Program-made: the position numbers and the translations under genes
From: an uncultured cyanobacterium
Lineage (GTDB): Bacteria; Cyanobacteriota; Cyanobacteriia; Cyanobacteriales; Microcystaceae
Length of the DNA: 17,656 nt
Assembly (NCBI GenBank): GCA_963807635.1
Contig: CAWEDJ010000062.1
Span: forward strand, 1 to 17,656
Direction: 5' to 3'
Part shown: positions 1-9,812 of the stretch, in pieces
Position numbering within the stretch: position 1 is the first letter of the stretch
How the letters are laid out: the number at the start of each line of letters is the position of its first letter
The notes under the pieces: model-generated
Seen by the model: the letters and a program-made list of their open reading frames with translations, nothing else
The model's database searches: none
Told to the model about the DNA's origin: nothing

Positions 1-77
1 ACAGCGACTTTATCGTCTTGAATTCACTATCCACTCTTATTACTACCTTTCTGCATAACTTTTGTCAGTCAATCAGG
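1..77 (+). mobile_element. Probable 3' end of a second IS element (IS4/IS701-like) abutting or interrupting the IS1 element
   Basis: IS1 InsB-like coding on the - strand stops abruptly at about 66-78. The + strand reads ...LNSLSTLITTFLHNFCQSIR and ends AACTTTTGTCAGTCAATCAG, which I recall as similar to cyanobacterial IS termini (recollection, not verified). Confidence 0.4.
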
Positions 78-508
78 TCTCCCACTATTACGGTCATAAG
101 CTTTCCACACCCACAATTTATTCTTTTTTTTCTATGAAATGCCAGAGTTCGTCTAACTCAACAACTACGGCTATCCCAGGTTCTGGCTTTTCCTTGTTCA
201 GCTTAGCGAAATCTCTAATCCAATTTAAGATGGCTTGAGCGGAAACATTGAGATGATTAGCGATGGCGTTCATCGACATCCCTCCTAAATAGAGTAAGAC
301 GGCATCAAGTTTCATCCAGAGGGGCTTACCTCGTTCTGTCGTTGGTTGAGTAAATTGGTAATTACACGATTTACACTTATATCGCTGCTTTCCCTTGACA
401 AAGCCACTTTTGATGATGTGCTGATGTTCGCATTTTGGACATTGGTTCATCATTCTGTTCCTTGAACTTTACTCTTTTACAGACTAGCATTATCTACTTG
501 ATACTCTC
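78..508 (-). mobile_element. Truncated IS1-family insertion sequence (left end, InsA and start of InsB)
   Basis: InsA ORF at 118-453. After the A8 run (124-131), another frame reads KNKLWVWKAYDRNSGR, typical of InsB. Candidate left terminus GAGAGTATCAAGTAG near 508 is tentative. Confidence 0.8.
118..453 (-). CDS. IS1-family transposase, InsA part (Zn ribbon + HTH), running into the start of the DDE domain
   Basis: CPKC...GKQRYKCKSC zinc ribbon, HTH (MSMNAIANHLNVSAQAILNWIR), then VELDELWHFIEKK ending at an A-run frameshift site. Confidence 0.9.
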   Translation of the reverse strand: MMNQCPKCEHQHIIKSGFVKGKQRYKCKSCNYQFTQPTTERGKPLWMKLDAVLLYLGGMSMNAIANHLNVSAQAILNWIRDFAKLNKEKPEPGIAVVVELDELWHFIEKKE

Positions 509-650
509 AGAGAAGCTAATTGAGCTTTTGGAAATTAAACGATTTCATCTGTTGCCTGTTCACATCTCATTTAGACTGGCTATTCATTTTCATACTAACT
601 GCATGGATCGTCGATCTGGTAGTGCGATCGCCGATCTCATAACGCAATTT

Positions 651-2198
651 TTAAGAGGAGTTAAAAGCCCCTTTTTTGAGCAAGCTCTCATTAAGGTCTG
701 CCCCGTGGCATTCCCGCCGCCCTGGAATTCTGGAAATCGGTCGTTTACCATCAGGAAAAGTAATCAAAACTTGATCATTTTCTTGCAAACCCGATCGCAC
801 TTCTGTCTTATCATTGACCGTCATCCCCGTCGTAATCGGCACAAATTCAGGCTTCCCATTTTTCAACAGATAAACCCCCGTAGCCTTCGCTTCCCGAACA
901 ATCGCCACCGTCGGCAACACCAAAACATCCGTTAACTTTCCAGCTTCAAACTCCACCTGAACATTCATCCCAGAGCGTAATAAATTTTGGGAATCGTCCA
1001 GAATTTCTACTTTTACCTCAAAACTCGTCACATTCTGTTGCACGATCGATTGAGGAGAAATCTGTGTCACTTGGCCCACAAAAGTTTTATCAGGATAGGC
1101 ATCGGCTTTAATGGTCGCCTTTTGTCCTAAACGCATCTGAGAAATACTACTTTCCGAAACATTGGTAACAATTTGATTTTGGGAAGCCAGGGAAAGAATC
1201 GAAGAAGAAGTCGCAGAAGAAACCGAACTTCCGGCCGTTGTTGGCGTAACGAACGCTCCTGGATCAGCAAATTTACGAGTCACAACCCCCGCAAAAGGAG
1301 CGCGAATTTCCATATCCTTTATCTGAGATTGAATAGTCTTTAAACTGCCCTTAGCGACGGTTACCTGAGCTTGCGCTTGGGCAATATCTTCAGTGCGAGA
1401 ACCCGCTTTCACTAGGGAAAGAGCCGCTTGTTTTTGGGCAGCGATCGCCTGAGCCTGGGCAATATCCTCTGGACGGGGGCCAACTTTTTGTAAATTCAGG
1501 GCTTGTTGAGCTTCTCGGACTTGAGCCTTGGCAATATCAAGCTGAGAACGGGAACTTTCCCAATCTCGTTCAGAAATCGCCCCTTGTCGGTAAAGTTGTT
1601 CATTTTGCCGAAAAACAATTTCTGCCTGTTTTTTACTGCTAATAGCACTATCGTATCGGGCTTTTGCTTGGGAAATATCTTGAATGCGGTTGCCTGCCTT
1701 GAGACGTTGCAGATTTGCCTGGGCTTCAGCGAGAGTGGCCTGGGCTTGGGCAATATCCTGGGGGCGGTTGCCCGTTTTGACTTTGGCTAAATTGGCCTCG
1801 GCTTCAGCCAGTTGACCCTGATTTTGCAGAAGTTGACCCTGTAAATTAGAATCATCCATGCGGGCTAAAAGTTGACCCTTTTCGACGCGATCGCCTTCTT
1901 TGACGAATAAACTTTTGAGAATACCCGAATTTTTAGGACTGACATTAATCGACATTTCTGGTGCCACTGTCCCATTGGCGGTAACTGTGAGGGTTAAATC
2001 TTCTCGTGTAACGGCGATCGAGTCCTTAGCGAGTTTTGACCTCATTTGGGGCAGAGTCACCGTCTGTCGATAAAATTCAAACCCACTCCACCCCAAAAGT
2101 ATCAGAAAAACTAAACCAGCCAACCATTTAGTCCTTGAAATCCAAGGATTGGCTTTTTTTGAGGAAGATTCGCTTTTTTTCTGAAAATCACTAACCAT
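651..2198 (-). CDS. Efflux RND/ABC transporter periplasmic adaptor subunit (HlyD/MacA-like membrane fusion protein)
   Basis: N-terminal TM helix, lipoyl halves (LFVKEGDRVEKGQLLA; IRAPFAGVV), long Q/A-rich coiled hairpin and LRSGM beta-barrel motif. ATG at 2198 follows AAGG. The true stop may be 691 if one G is missing near 721. Confidence 0.9.
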   Translation of the reverse strand: MVSDFQKKSESSSKKANPWISRTKWLAGLVFLILLGWSGFEFYRQTVTLPQMRSKLAKDSIAVTREDLTLTVTANGTVAPEMSINVSPKNSGILKSLFVKEGDRVEKGQLLARMDDSNLQGQLLQNQGQLAEAEANLAKVKTGNRPQDIAQAQATLAEAQANLQRLKAGNRIQDISQAKARYDSAISSKKQAEIVFRQNEQLYRQGAISERDWESSRSQLDIAKAQVREAQQALNLQKVGPRPEDIAQAQAIAAQKQAALSLVKAGSRTEDIAQAQAQVTVAKGSLKTIQSQIKDMEIRAPFAGVVTRKFADPGAFVTPTTAGSSVSSATSSSILSLASQNQIVTNVSESSISQMRLGQKATIKADAYPDKTFVGQVTQISPQSIVQQNVTSFEVKVEILDDSQNLLRSGMNVQVEFEAGKLTDVLVLPTVAIVREAKATGVYLLKNGKPEFVPITTGMTVNDKTEVRSGLQENDQVLITFPDGKRPISRIPGRRECHGADLNESLLKKGAFNSS

Positions 2199-2356
2199 GC
2201 AAATTAACCTTGTCAATAGCGATATAGGTCTTTAAATTAATACTTCGCTTAAGTTAGCTTAACGGTTTTAGACAAAGGAAGAGAGAAAAAAGGTTCAGGA
2301 AAAATCTTCAGGGAAACAGAATTCAGTACGCAGAATAAAATATCTTACATTAAAAC

Positions 2357-2380
2357 AAAAAAAAGGAGCCGCGACTCCTT
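2357..2380 (-). terminator. Rho-independent terminator of atpD-atpC
   Basis: The - strand reads GGAGT-CGCG-GCTCC followed by T8, about 30 nt after the atpC stop. Confidence 0.85.
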
Positions 2381-2409
2381 CAATAAACACTATGAAAATT
2401 TATGAACAC

Positions 2410-2823
2410 TTAATTCGCAACACCACCAGCCGCCTGAAAACGAGCGCGGGCTTTTTTAACCGCTTGTGTCGCTTGTAATTGCTTAGGAGCATCACCACTA
2501 CGACTGGCTTCTTCTAGCTTGGCTTGGGCTTGACTATATTCAGTTTTTGCCACTTCCTTATCAATGGTGTCGCCAATTTCTGCTGAATTGACGAGGACTC
2601 TAACCTCATTATTTTCAACTTCCGCGAAGCCACCCATGACCGCAATATTTTTCCAGTCTTTTCCTGGACGAACCCGCATCACGCCAATTTCTAGGGCCGT
2701 TAAAAGAGCGGCGTGATTACTGAGAATCCCCATTTGTCCCGTCGTACTAGGGAGAATGACTTCCTGCACCACATCATCCCAAACTACCTTATCGGGAGTA
2801 ATAACCCTTACTGTTAATGTCAT
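2410..2823 (-). CDS. atpC: F0F1 ATP synthase subunit epsilon
   Basis: [12 protein letters not shown]...[24 protein letters not shown]...MGGFAEV; directly downstream of the beta subunit gene. The ATG at 2823 is preferred over the ORF-track start. Confidence 0.97.
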   Translation of the reverse strand: MTLTVRVITPDKVVWDDVVQEVILPSTTGQMGILSNHAALLTALEIGVMRVRPGKDWKNIAVMGGFAEVENNEVRVLVNSAEIGDTIDKEVAKTEYSQAQAKLEEASRSGDAPKQLQATQAVKKARARFQAAGGVAN

Positions 2824-2829
2824 CTTTTT

Positions 2830-2955
2830 ATTAATTAATAATTGATAATTGATCATTAACAATTGATAGTGGTTTTTTAAAGAAAGAAGACGTTAAACCG
2901 ATTTAGCTTTCATCTTCCGACTATTCATTTATCCACTATCAACTATCAATTAATA
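2830..2955. repeat. Heptamer (STRR-like) tandem repeats in inverted arrangement in the atpD-atpC spacer
   Basis: TAATTGA TAATTGA TCATTAA CAATTGA TAGTGG (about 2839-2872) faces CCA CTATCAA CTATCAA TTAATA (about 2933-2955). Confidence 0.6.
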
Positions 2956-2956
2956 T

Positions 2957-4403
<1,447 letters not shown>

Positions 4404-4622
4404 ACTGATTGTCTAAGGATTTACTTATAATAAGATTACAGGACAAGTGTTAAATTTCTTGGGTTTCCCGTCCAATAGTTTATCATCCTTAGGGATCGAG
4501 AAAAAATTCAATCTCCCTAGATTTTTAAAATGAAGACTTGAAATCAGGGGAGGCGCGATCGCTGAGGGTCGTCGTGGGTTTTGTCATGATGTTTACCCAA
4601 GTGTTGGGGGCTTTTTAGAAGC

Positions 4623-5192
4623 ATGGATAAATTTACGCTAGGAATTTTTGGGATTATGGGATCTGTCGCGATCGCCCTACCCTTTAGCTCAATTCAGGCG
4701 AGCAATGGTGAATATGATTTTGGGATTGCAACCAAGCCCGCCCAAACTTCTTCCATCAATCAGACCTTTAATCCCGTTTTCAAACAAATTATTCCGATCC
4801 TAAAGCAAAAAACACGGGTTCCCCTTTGGCTACCCAGCTATATTCCTGAGTCTGATGGAGACATTCCGCTCTATGCCCAATTGGAAATCGTCACGGCGAA
4901 AAATTATTCTATTCTGTTAGGTTTTGATCCCGAATGTAACGGCGGAACGGCTTGTCGATTGGGTAGTGTTTCGGGAGAAAAGATTAATAGTCAAAATAAG
5001 ATTTTAAAGGGAAAAAAAATAACCCTATCCCGAAAAAGACAGGGATATTTTGTGGATGCTACCTGTGGGGCTAATTGTTCTGACTCAACCTTGAGTTGGC
5101 AGGAAAAGGGTTATCTCTACAGGTTGGCGATTAAAGCTGGTGATTTAAAAACCCTAGTAAAAATGGCAAATTCTACGATTTTGATCCCGTAA
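4623..5192 (+). CDS. Exported hypothetical protein with two Cys pairs
   Basis: Signal-peptide-like N-terminus, VPLWLPSYIP, CNGGTAC and CGANC motifs; contains a HIP1 site. Confidence 0.75.
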   Translation: MDKFTLGIFGIMGSVAIALPFSSIQASNGEYDFGIATKPAQTSSINQTFNPVFKQIIPILKQKTRVPLWLPSYIPESDGDIPLYAQLEIVTAKNYSILLGFDPECNGGTACRLGSVSGEKINSQNKILKGKKITLSRKRQGYFVDATCGANCSDSTLSWQEKGYLYRLAIKAGDLKTLVKMANSTILIP

Positions 5193-5215
5193 TCAATCCC
5201 ATCCTAAATGCTTCC

Positions 5216-5956
5216 CTAATCCTCCGTTTCGTCGGGAGCATCCGTTGCGCGGACTCGTTGGAAATGACGGCTCGATTTTGGCGGTAAGGGTAACTTCATT
5301 CCTTCATGAAAATCCTGTTGCACTTTAAAGGTTAGGCGCGGAGACACCTGGCGAATGATTTCTGCGAGCAAGCGATCGCCTGTTTTACGGATGAGAGCCT
5401 GGGGTAATTTGTGGATATATTTTGGGAAAAAGACCGCCACATCCATGTTTAATTGCCACTGAACCTTGGTGACATTCTCTGGTAATTCGTCTATTCCTTG
5501 TTTGCGATAAACTTTTTCTAGTCCTTCTCCTGCTTCATGCCGCGCAATTTCGTTTAGTGTCATCACGGCTTGATAGTCCACTTCATAGCCCAAAAAAGTG
5601 GGATCGGGCAGGGGAATGGTGTGCATAAAATACTGTCCATCCTGGGGCGGTTCCAACACAACGGCAATTTTGGGTTCCACATCAAACCCCAAGGCTCCAA
5701 AACGACCCACTGTCAAAATATAACCATTTTCGCCGTAGGGTTCCACGGTCATCGGTTGGGCGCAACGACAAAACCATCCTTCATGGGACTGGAGATATTG
5801 GGCAACGGTCTCCCCATCGCTATACATTTCCATGTAACCTTCAAAATGGGTCTGGAAATGAATGACCTTTGCGTCTGCTCCGTCTAAGACCTGATCGTTT
5901 GGGGCGCGATCGCTGTCGAACTCAATCATTTGAGAAGAAATTATTTGGCTCTGCAT
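5216..5956 (-). CDS. DUF1997 domain-containing protein
   Basis: YLQSHEGWFCRCAQPM, GRFGALGFDEVP-type (GRFGALGFDVEPKI) and TGDRLLAEIIRQVSPRLT motifs. ATG at 5956 follows AGGA. Confidence 0.85.
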   Translation of the reverse strand: MQSQIISSQMIEFDSDRAPNDQVLDGADAKVIHFQTHFEGYMEMYSDGETVAQYLQSHEGWFCRCAQPMTVEPYGENGYILTVGRFGALGFDVEPKIAVVLEPPQDGQYFMHTIPLPDPTFLGYEVDYQAVMTLNEIARHEAGEGLEKVYRKQGIDELPENVTKVQWQLNMDVAVFFPKYIHKLPQALIRKTGDRLLAEIIRQVSPRLTFKVQQDFHEGMKLPLPPKSSRHFQRVRATDAPDETED

Positions 5957-6135
5957 AACTATTTTCCTATGGAGTGGCGTGTCCTTGGTCGATGGGGATG
6001 GTTTGAGTGTTCCCCCACTTTTTTTGAGAATTATCTCAGTCCCCAAATTTTACAAAACTTAATACAATAGTAAGATGATCCAGAAAGTTAAGATAAACAA
6101 AAACCTAAATCAAATTCTGTGTCTAAGGTAGCAAG

Positions 6136-6792
6136 ATGAAAGTATTAGTCGCTGGGGCAACGGGTGGAACGGGACGATGGATTGTGCAAACATTGATCGA
6201 TCGCCAGATTCCTGTAAAAGCATTAGTCCGTGATTTAGATCTCGCCAAAACTCTTTTTCCGCCTGAAGTGGAATTAGTGTTAGGGGATGTCCTCAAACCC
6301 GAAACTCTCAAAAACGCGATCGCGGGTTGTACGGCTTTGATCTGTGCAACGGGAGCAAAACCGAGTTTAGATTTTACTGGCCCCTTACAGGTTGATTATT
6401 TTGGTACTAAAAATCTGGTAGATATCGCTAAATCTAGCGGCATTGAGCATTTTGTTTTAGTGACCTCCCTTTGTGTTTCTCAGTTTTTCCATCCCCTCAA
6501 TCTTTTTTGGTTGATTTTATTCTGGAAACAGCAAGCCGAAAATTATCTCAAGGAAAGCGGTTTAACCTATACTATCGTGCGACCAGGGGGACTTAAGAAT
6601 GAAGATAATACCTATCCCATTGTCATGTCATCCGCAGATACCCTGTTTGAAGGCAGTATTCCCCGCCAAAAAGTCGCGCATATTTGCGTAGAATCTCTCT
6701 TTCAACCCGCCTCTCGCGATAAAATTGTTGAGATTGTTAGCAAACCCGAAGCTCCTGTTGTTTCTGTTGAACAACTTTTTGTGCAGGTTTAA
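6136..6792 (+). CDS. NAD(P)H-binding atypical SDR oxidoreductase (NmrA/Tic62-N-like)
   Basis: VLVAGATGGTG Rossmann motif; FFHPLNLFWLILFWK and YTIVRPGGL match the conserved cyanobacterial/plastid family. Confidence 0.92.
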   Translation: MKVLVAGATGGTGRWIVQTLIDRQIPVKALVRDLDLAKTLFPPEVELVLGDVLKPETLKNAIAGCTALICATGAKPSLDFTGPLQVDYFGTKNLVDIAKSSGIEHFVLVTSLCVSQFFHPLNLFWLILFWKQQAENYLKESGLTYTIVRPGGLKNEDNTYPIVMSSADTLFEGSIPRQKVAHICVESLFQPASRDKIVEIVSKPEAPVVSVEQLFVQV

Positions 6793-6855
6793 GTTGATTT
6801 AATTATTGCGATCACTCTAAAAATCTCCTGAGACTAACTTTTAGATTGACGAATC

Positions 6856-6893
6856 ACCTGAAAATAACCTCAAACCTGTGCCTGTTTTCAGGT
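6856..6893. terminator. Inverted repeat between convergent genes, possible terminator
   Basis: ACCTGAAAA (6856-6864) pairs with TTTTCAGGT (6885-6893); the loop is long (20 nt). Confidence 0.35.
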
Positions 6894-6956
6894 AACAAAT
6901 AAATAATCTAAATTTTCTTTTGTCAGAAATATTGACTAGAATTTTAGTCCGTCAAC

Positions 6957-7298
6957 TCAAAAGAGAAATGCACCATTAGATAATAGTTTATAGCCAATAG
7001 TCATAGATGCAAATGACACGACGAATTGCCATAGGCTAGTAGGATTAAGAATTGCTCGACTACTAACAAAAACGAGTACGACTCCAACAAACAAAGGAAT
7101 CCAACCCCATAATTTTTGACGAGGAGGAAGAAAGACGAGCATCACCACACCAGAAATTAAAGCCAAGATAGAACCATTTGCAGCAATCCCTCTCCACCAG
7201 TAAGGAGAAGCTGATGTGGTAAAGAAAATATTATTCCCAAGGAAATAGATACCTACACCAATTAAAATTAAACCAATCAACCTCGCAAATAAAGACAT
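6957..7298 (-). CDS. Small hypothetical membrane protein (about 4 TM helices)
   Basis: 113 aa with four hydrophobic stretches rich in Gly and Trp; ATG start. Confidence 0.8.
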   Translation of the reverse strand: MSLFARLIGLILIGVGIYFLGNNIFFTTSASPYWWRGIAANGSILALISGVVMLVFLPPRQKLWGWIPLFVGVVLVFVSSRAILNPTSLWQFVVSFASMTIGYKLLSNGAFLF

Positions 7299-7357
7299 AA
7301 TTTTATTGCTAAATGTGTGTTTTGAATTTGAAAACTTAACTAATGGAAGGTGATAAA

Positions 7358-8659
7358 TTACATCTTGGGTTTTAATCTAATATTGAGTCTTGGTAAAAAG
7401 CTTTTTATTAAAACTGATTCAATTTCTTTTAAGTAGTGTATTGGAAAAGAGGTGATGAAAGCGATTTTTCCATTTTCTATCAAGTCAAAATCTTCTTGTC
7501 GATGATGAGAATACCAACGCTTTTGAAGATTGATAGACATTCCAATATAGTGAATTTCATCAGATTTTCCCAAGACAAAATAGATGCCAGATTGTTCTGG
7601 AAGTTCATCGCGATTACTTAGCTCTACCGTTGATAACTTAGATAGATCAATTTGAGTTAAATTTAATAATTTTCCGTCGTATATAAACTTTGAAGTATAC
7701 TCAATAAATGATAAAAATAAAAGATCAGAATCATCCCAACTTTCTAATTCTTCAGGTATTTCTGAAAATGAAGGATCAAATTTCTCTCCGTTGAGGGCAA
7801 ATATAAATGAGGCAACGATATTTTCCCATTCATAAATACACTTGTCTGATTTATACCGATTTTGCCATCTATCCAGCCAATATTGAGAATCTTCCCTCGC
7901 CTGTGGATAATACCATTCTTTCCATAGTCGTTTTAATTCATTGGCTGTTAGAGGTTTGGGAGGATTGCAATATTGCTCTCCATAAAGATTCTTCCACGCT
8001 TTTCTAAAAATAGAATATATTTCACTTGGAAGTTCTGGAATTTCAAAGTTTTTCTGCTGATAGTTTTCTATATCTGGATCAATGTCAATATAGTTGATAA
8101 TTTGAGTCAATTTGGGATCATTTTTTATGCTCACTTCTGGCAATCCAGATTCTAACAAAGGAGTATCGATCTCTTCACTTAGAAATTCTGCTTGAATAAC
8201 ATCATCAATAATTTCTACAGTTTTAGGAGTGTTAAGTAGTAATAATATTTTTAGATTCAAAGTACCTGAAGTCCATTCTCTACCAGGAAACAAAAGTTCA
8301 ACTTGATACTTTCCATTTAGGAGTGTTTCAAAAGTACTCTGGATAGAATTTAGATAATTACGTTTTATCTCAGAAATTATTTCTTCGTAAAACTCAGATA
8401 GGACTTTAACTTGGTTTCCAGTCTTGCTATTTGTGTGTAGATAGGGTTTGATTACGACACCATTATGCTCATTGATTGGATCTAGCTCCTCAGTTATCCA
8501 CTCTTTGACATCTTCAACCTTGAAAGAGCTTAAGGAGTGATTTTCCCTGCGTAAAAGTTCTGTCTCAATTGCTTTTCGACAAACATCTGACCAATTTGCA
8601 TTTATTTGGGCCATTCGACGCTTTAAATCGTCGGTCACATAAATGTTAAGTGCGGGCAT
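7358..8659 (-). CDS. GIY-YIG nuclease family protein with N-terminal ribbon-helix-helix-like and KGK-like segments
   Basis: C-terminal LPEQSGIYFV...IHYIGMSINLQKRW..HHR...EIESVLIKSFLPRLN. N-terminal LNIYVTDDLKRRM..NWSDVCRKAIE is RHH-like. VELLFPGREWTSGTLNLKI resembles the KGK motif. Confidence 0.85.
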   Translation of the reverse strand: MPALNIYVTDDLKRRMAQINANWSDVCRKAIETELLRRENHSLSSFKVEDVKEWITEELDPINEHNGVVIKPYLHTNSKTGNQVKVLSEFYEEIISEIKRNYLNSIQSTFETLLNGKYQVELLFPGREWTSGTLNLKILLLLNTPKTVEIIDDVIQAEFLSEEIDTPLLESGLPEVSIKNDPKLTQIINYIDIDPDIENYQQKNFEIPELPSEIYSIFRKAWKNLYGEQYCNPPKPLTANELKRLWKEWYYPQAREDSQYWLDRWQNRYKSDKCIYEWENIVASFIFALNGEKFDPSFSEIPEELESWDDSDLLFLSFIEYTSKFIYDGKLLNLTQIDLSKLSTVELSNRDELPEQSGIYFVLGKSDEIHYIGMSINLQKRWYSHHRQEDFDLIENGKIAFITSFPIHYLKEIESVLIKSFLPRLNIRLKPKM

Positions 8660-8678
8660 AGGTAAACTCAGCGAGAAT

Positions 8679-8717
8679 GTATAAAATATATTATACGCAT
8701 AATTTAGGATCTGTCAA
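8679..8717 (-). promoter_or_regulatory. Consensus sigma70-type promoter with an overlapping palindromic operator
   Basis: The - strand has TTGACA (8717-8712), 16 nt, TATAAT (8695-8690). The inverted repeat GTATAA-N6-TTATAC (8679-8696) overlaps the -10 box. Confidence 0.75.
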
Positions 8718-8834
8718 ATTTATTTTGTGCGCACATTACTGTTTTACACAGTGAGTTCGCCTTCTCGTTGTCAAGTAGCGATGAAAATTAAACGCCTGAC
8801 TCCTGATGTAAGAGTGGCGATAGATGTCTTAAAA

Positions 8835-9644
8835 CTAACTTTTGGAAAAACTGTTCTGATTAATCAGTGGAGAAAGGTAAGCAACCAACGCTCCGATCGC
8901 AAATCCCATCAAATTCCGCAAAAGGGGTAACCAATCACTGGTACGAGTCACAACGGGGCCAATACCAAAGGAAATCACCAAAATTCCCCAGAGAGGCGAC
9001 AGCAATAAAACCCATTGCCAAGCAAAAATCTGGCCTTTTTTACGGGGAATACCTGCAAAACCGACAATGACTCCTCCCAACATGGAGGTAACTAGGGTAA
9101 AAATCCATTGTTCATTAGGCAAACCTGGAACAACCAGACAACCATTTTCCTTGACTAAACAACCTTTGACGGTTTCTAAGGCTTGAGTAATCGCCCGATT
9201 TTCACCATTTTCACGGACGTAATAAATATTACCAAATCTTGCCTGAAGTTCAATCCAAAAGGTGCGTGGCATCAATTCATAAACCGCATCGCCGATACTA
9301 AACGCCAAGATATTTCCGCCCCTAGCATCCGCCACTAACAAAATACTTTTGTCATCCAATCCCCAAAATTTAATCACGGCCCGTCCTGGGCTACGGTCAT
9401 ATTGGGTCAAAACTCTTAATTTCCAACCTGTTTCTGATTCAAAGGTATTAATATCTTGAATAAGTGCGTCTTCCTGGGGCTGGGGTAAAAAATTCGCCAA
9501 ATCCACGATGGGTGTAACCGTATCAGGTAACAATTCGGGATTATTAACTGCGATCGCGGAAGTGGGAAAAGTAAAGCTGATCATAATACTCACACAGCAA
9601 ACCAAAATTCCCAGCAAACACCCTCGAAGACTAGGCTTATTCAT
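8835..9644 (-). CDS. TPM domain-containing protein (homolog family of the thylakoid-lumen 15 kDa protein) with C-terminal TM helices
   Basis: Signal peptide ending AIA; ETGWKLRVLTQYDRSPG, FWIELQARFGNIYYVRENGE; three C-terminal hydrophobic helices. ATG at 9644 follows AAGGG. Confidence 0.88.
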   Translation of the reverse strand: MNKPSLRGCLLGILVCCVSIMISFTFPTSAIAVNNPELLPDTVTPIVDLANFLPQPQEDALIQDINTFESETGWKLRVLTQYDRSPGRAVIKFWGLDDKSILLVADARGGNILAFSIGDAVYELMPRTFWIELQARFGNIYYVRENGENRAITQALETVKGCLVKENGCLVVPGLPNEQWIFTLVTSMLGGVIVGFAGIPRKKGQIFAWQWVLLLSPLWGILVISFGIGPVVTRTSDWLPLLRNLMGFAIGALVAYLSPLINQNSFSKS

Positions 9645-9680
9645 AAACACCCTTAATTAAATGAGTAAAAAATTAGTTTT

Positions 9681-9698
9681 GTTACATTTGTTTACTTT
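9681..9698. promoter_or_regulatory. HLR1-like (RpaB-binding) direct repeat
   Basis: GTTACATT-TG-TTTACTTT has one mismatch to (G/T)TTACA(T/A)(T/A)-N2-(G/T)TTACA(T/A)(T/A). It lies next to a - strand TAGAAT (9705-9700) upstream of the TPM gene. Confidence 0.6.
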
Positions 9699-9812
9699 TA
9701 TTCTAAGGGATTTGGTCTGAGAAACCCAAACATCCCGCCTGAATTCGATCAAAATTAGCAGGCTCTATCAAAAAAGATATAGCTGTAGGGGAATTTTTCT
9801 GAAAAATCAGCC

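Noticed and set aside
435..935. 166-aa + strand ORF, and other shadow ORFs (1496-1753, 1503-1790, 4236-4430, 5570-5887, 6123-6311, 7436-8155 set, 8727-9070 set, 9755-9955, 10012-10242, 10388-10633, 10813-11208, 12845-13039, 15023-15310, 15452-15676, 15630-16022)
   Set aside because: They overlap well-supported genes antisense or out of frame and show no recognisable motifs.
1360..1830. Internal repeats in the efflux adaptor (G.R..DIAQAQA x4)
   Set aside because: Normal coiled-coil hairpin extension of cyanobacterial membrane fusion proteins.
6048..6066. Second HLR1 site (TTTACAAA-AC-TTAATACA)
   Set aside because: The second half-site is too degenerate to call.
8679..8696. NtcA site
   Set aside because: The GTA and TAC spacing is 12 nt, not the 8 nt of GTA-N8-TAC.
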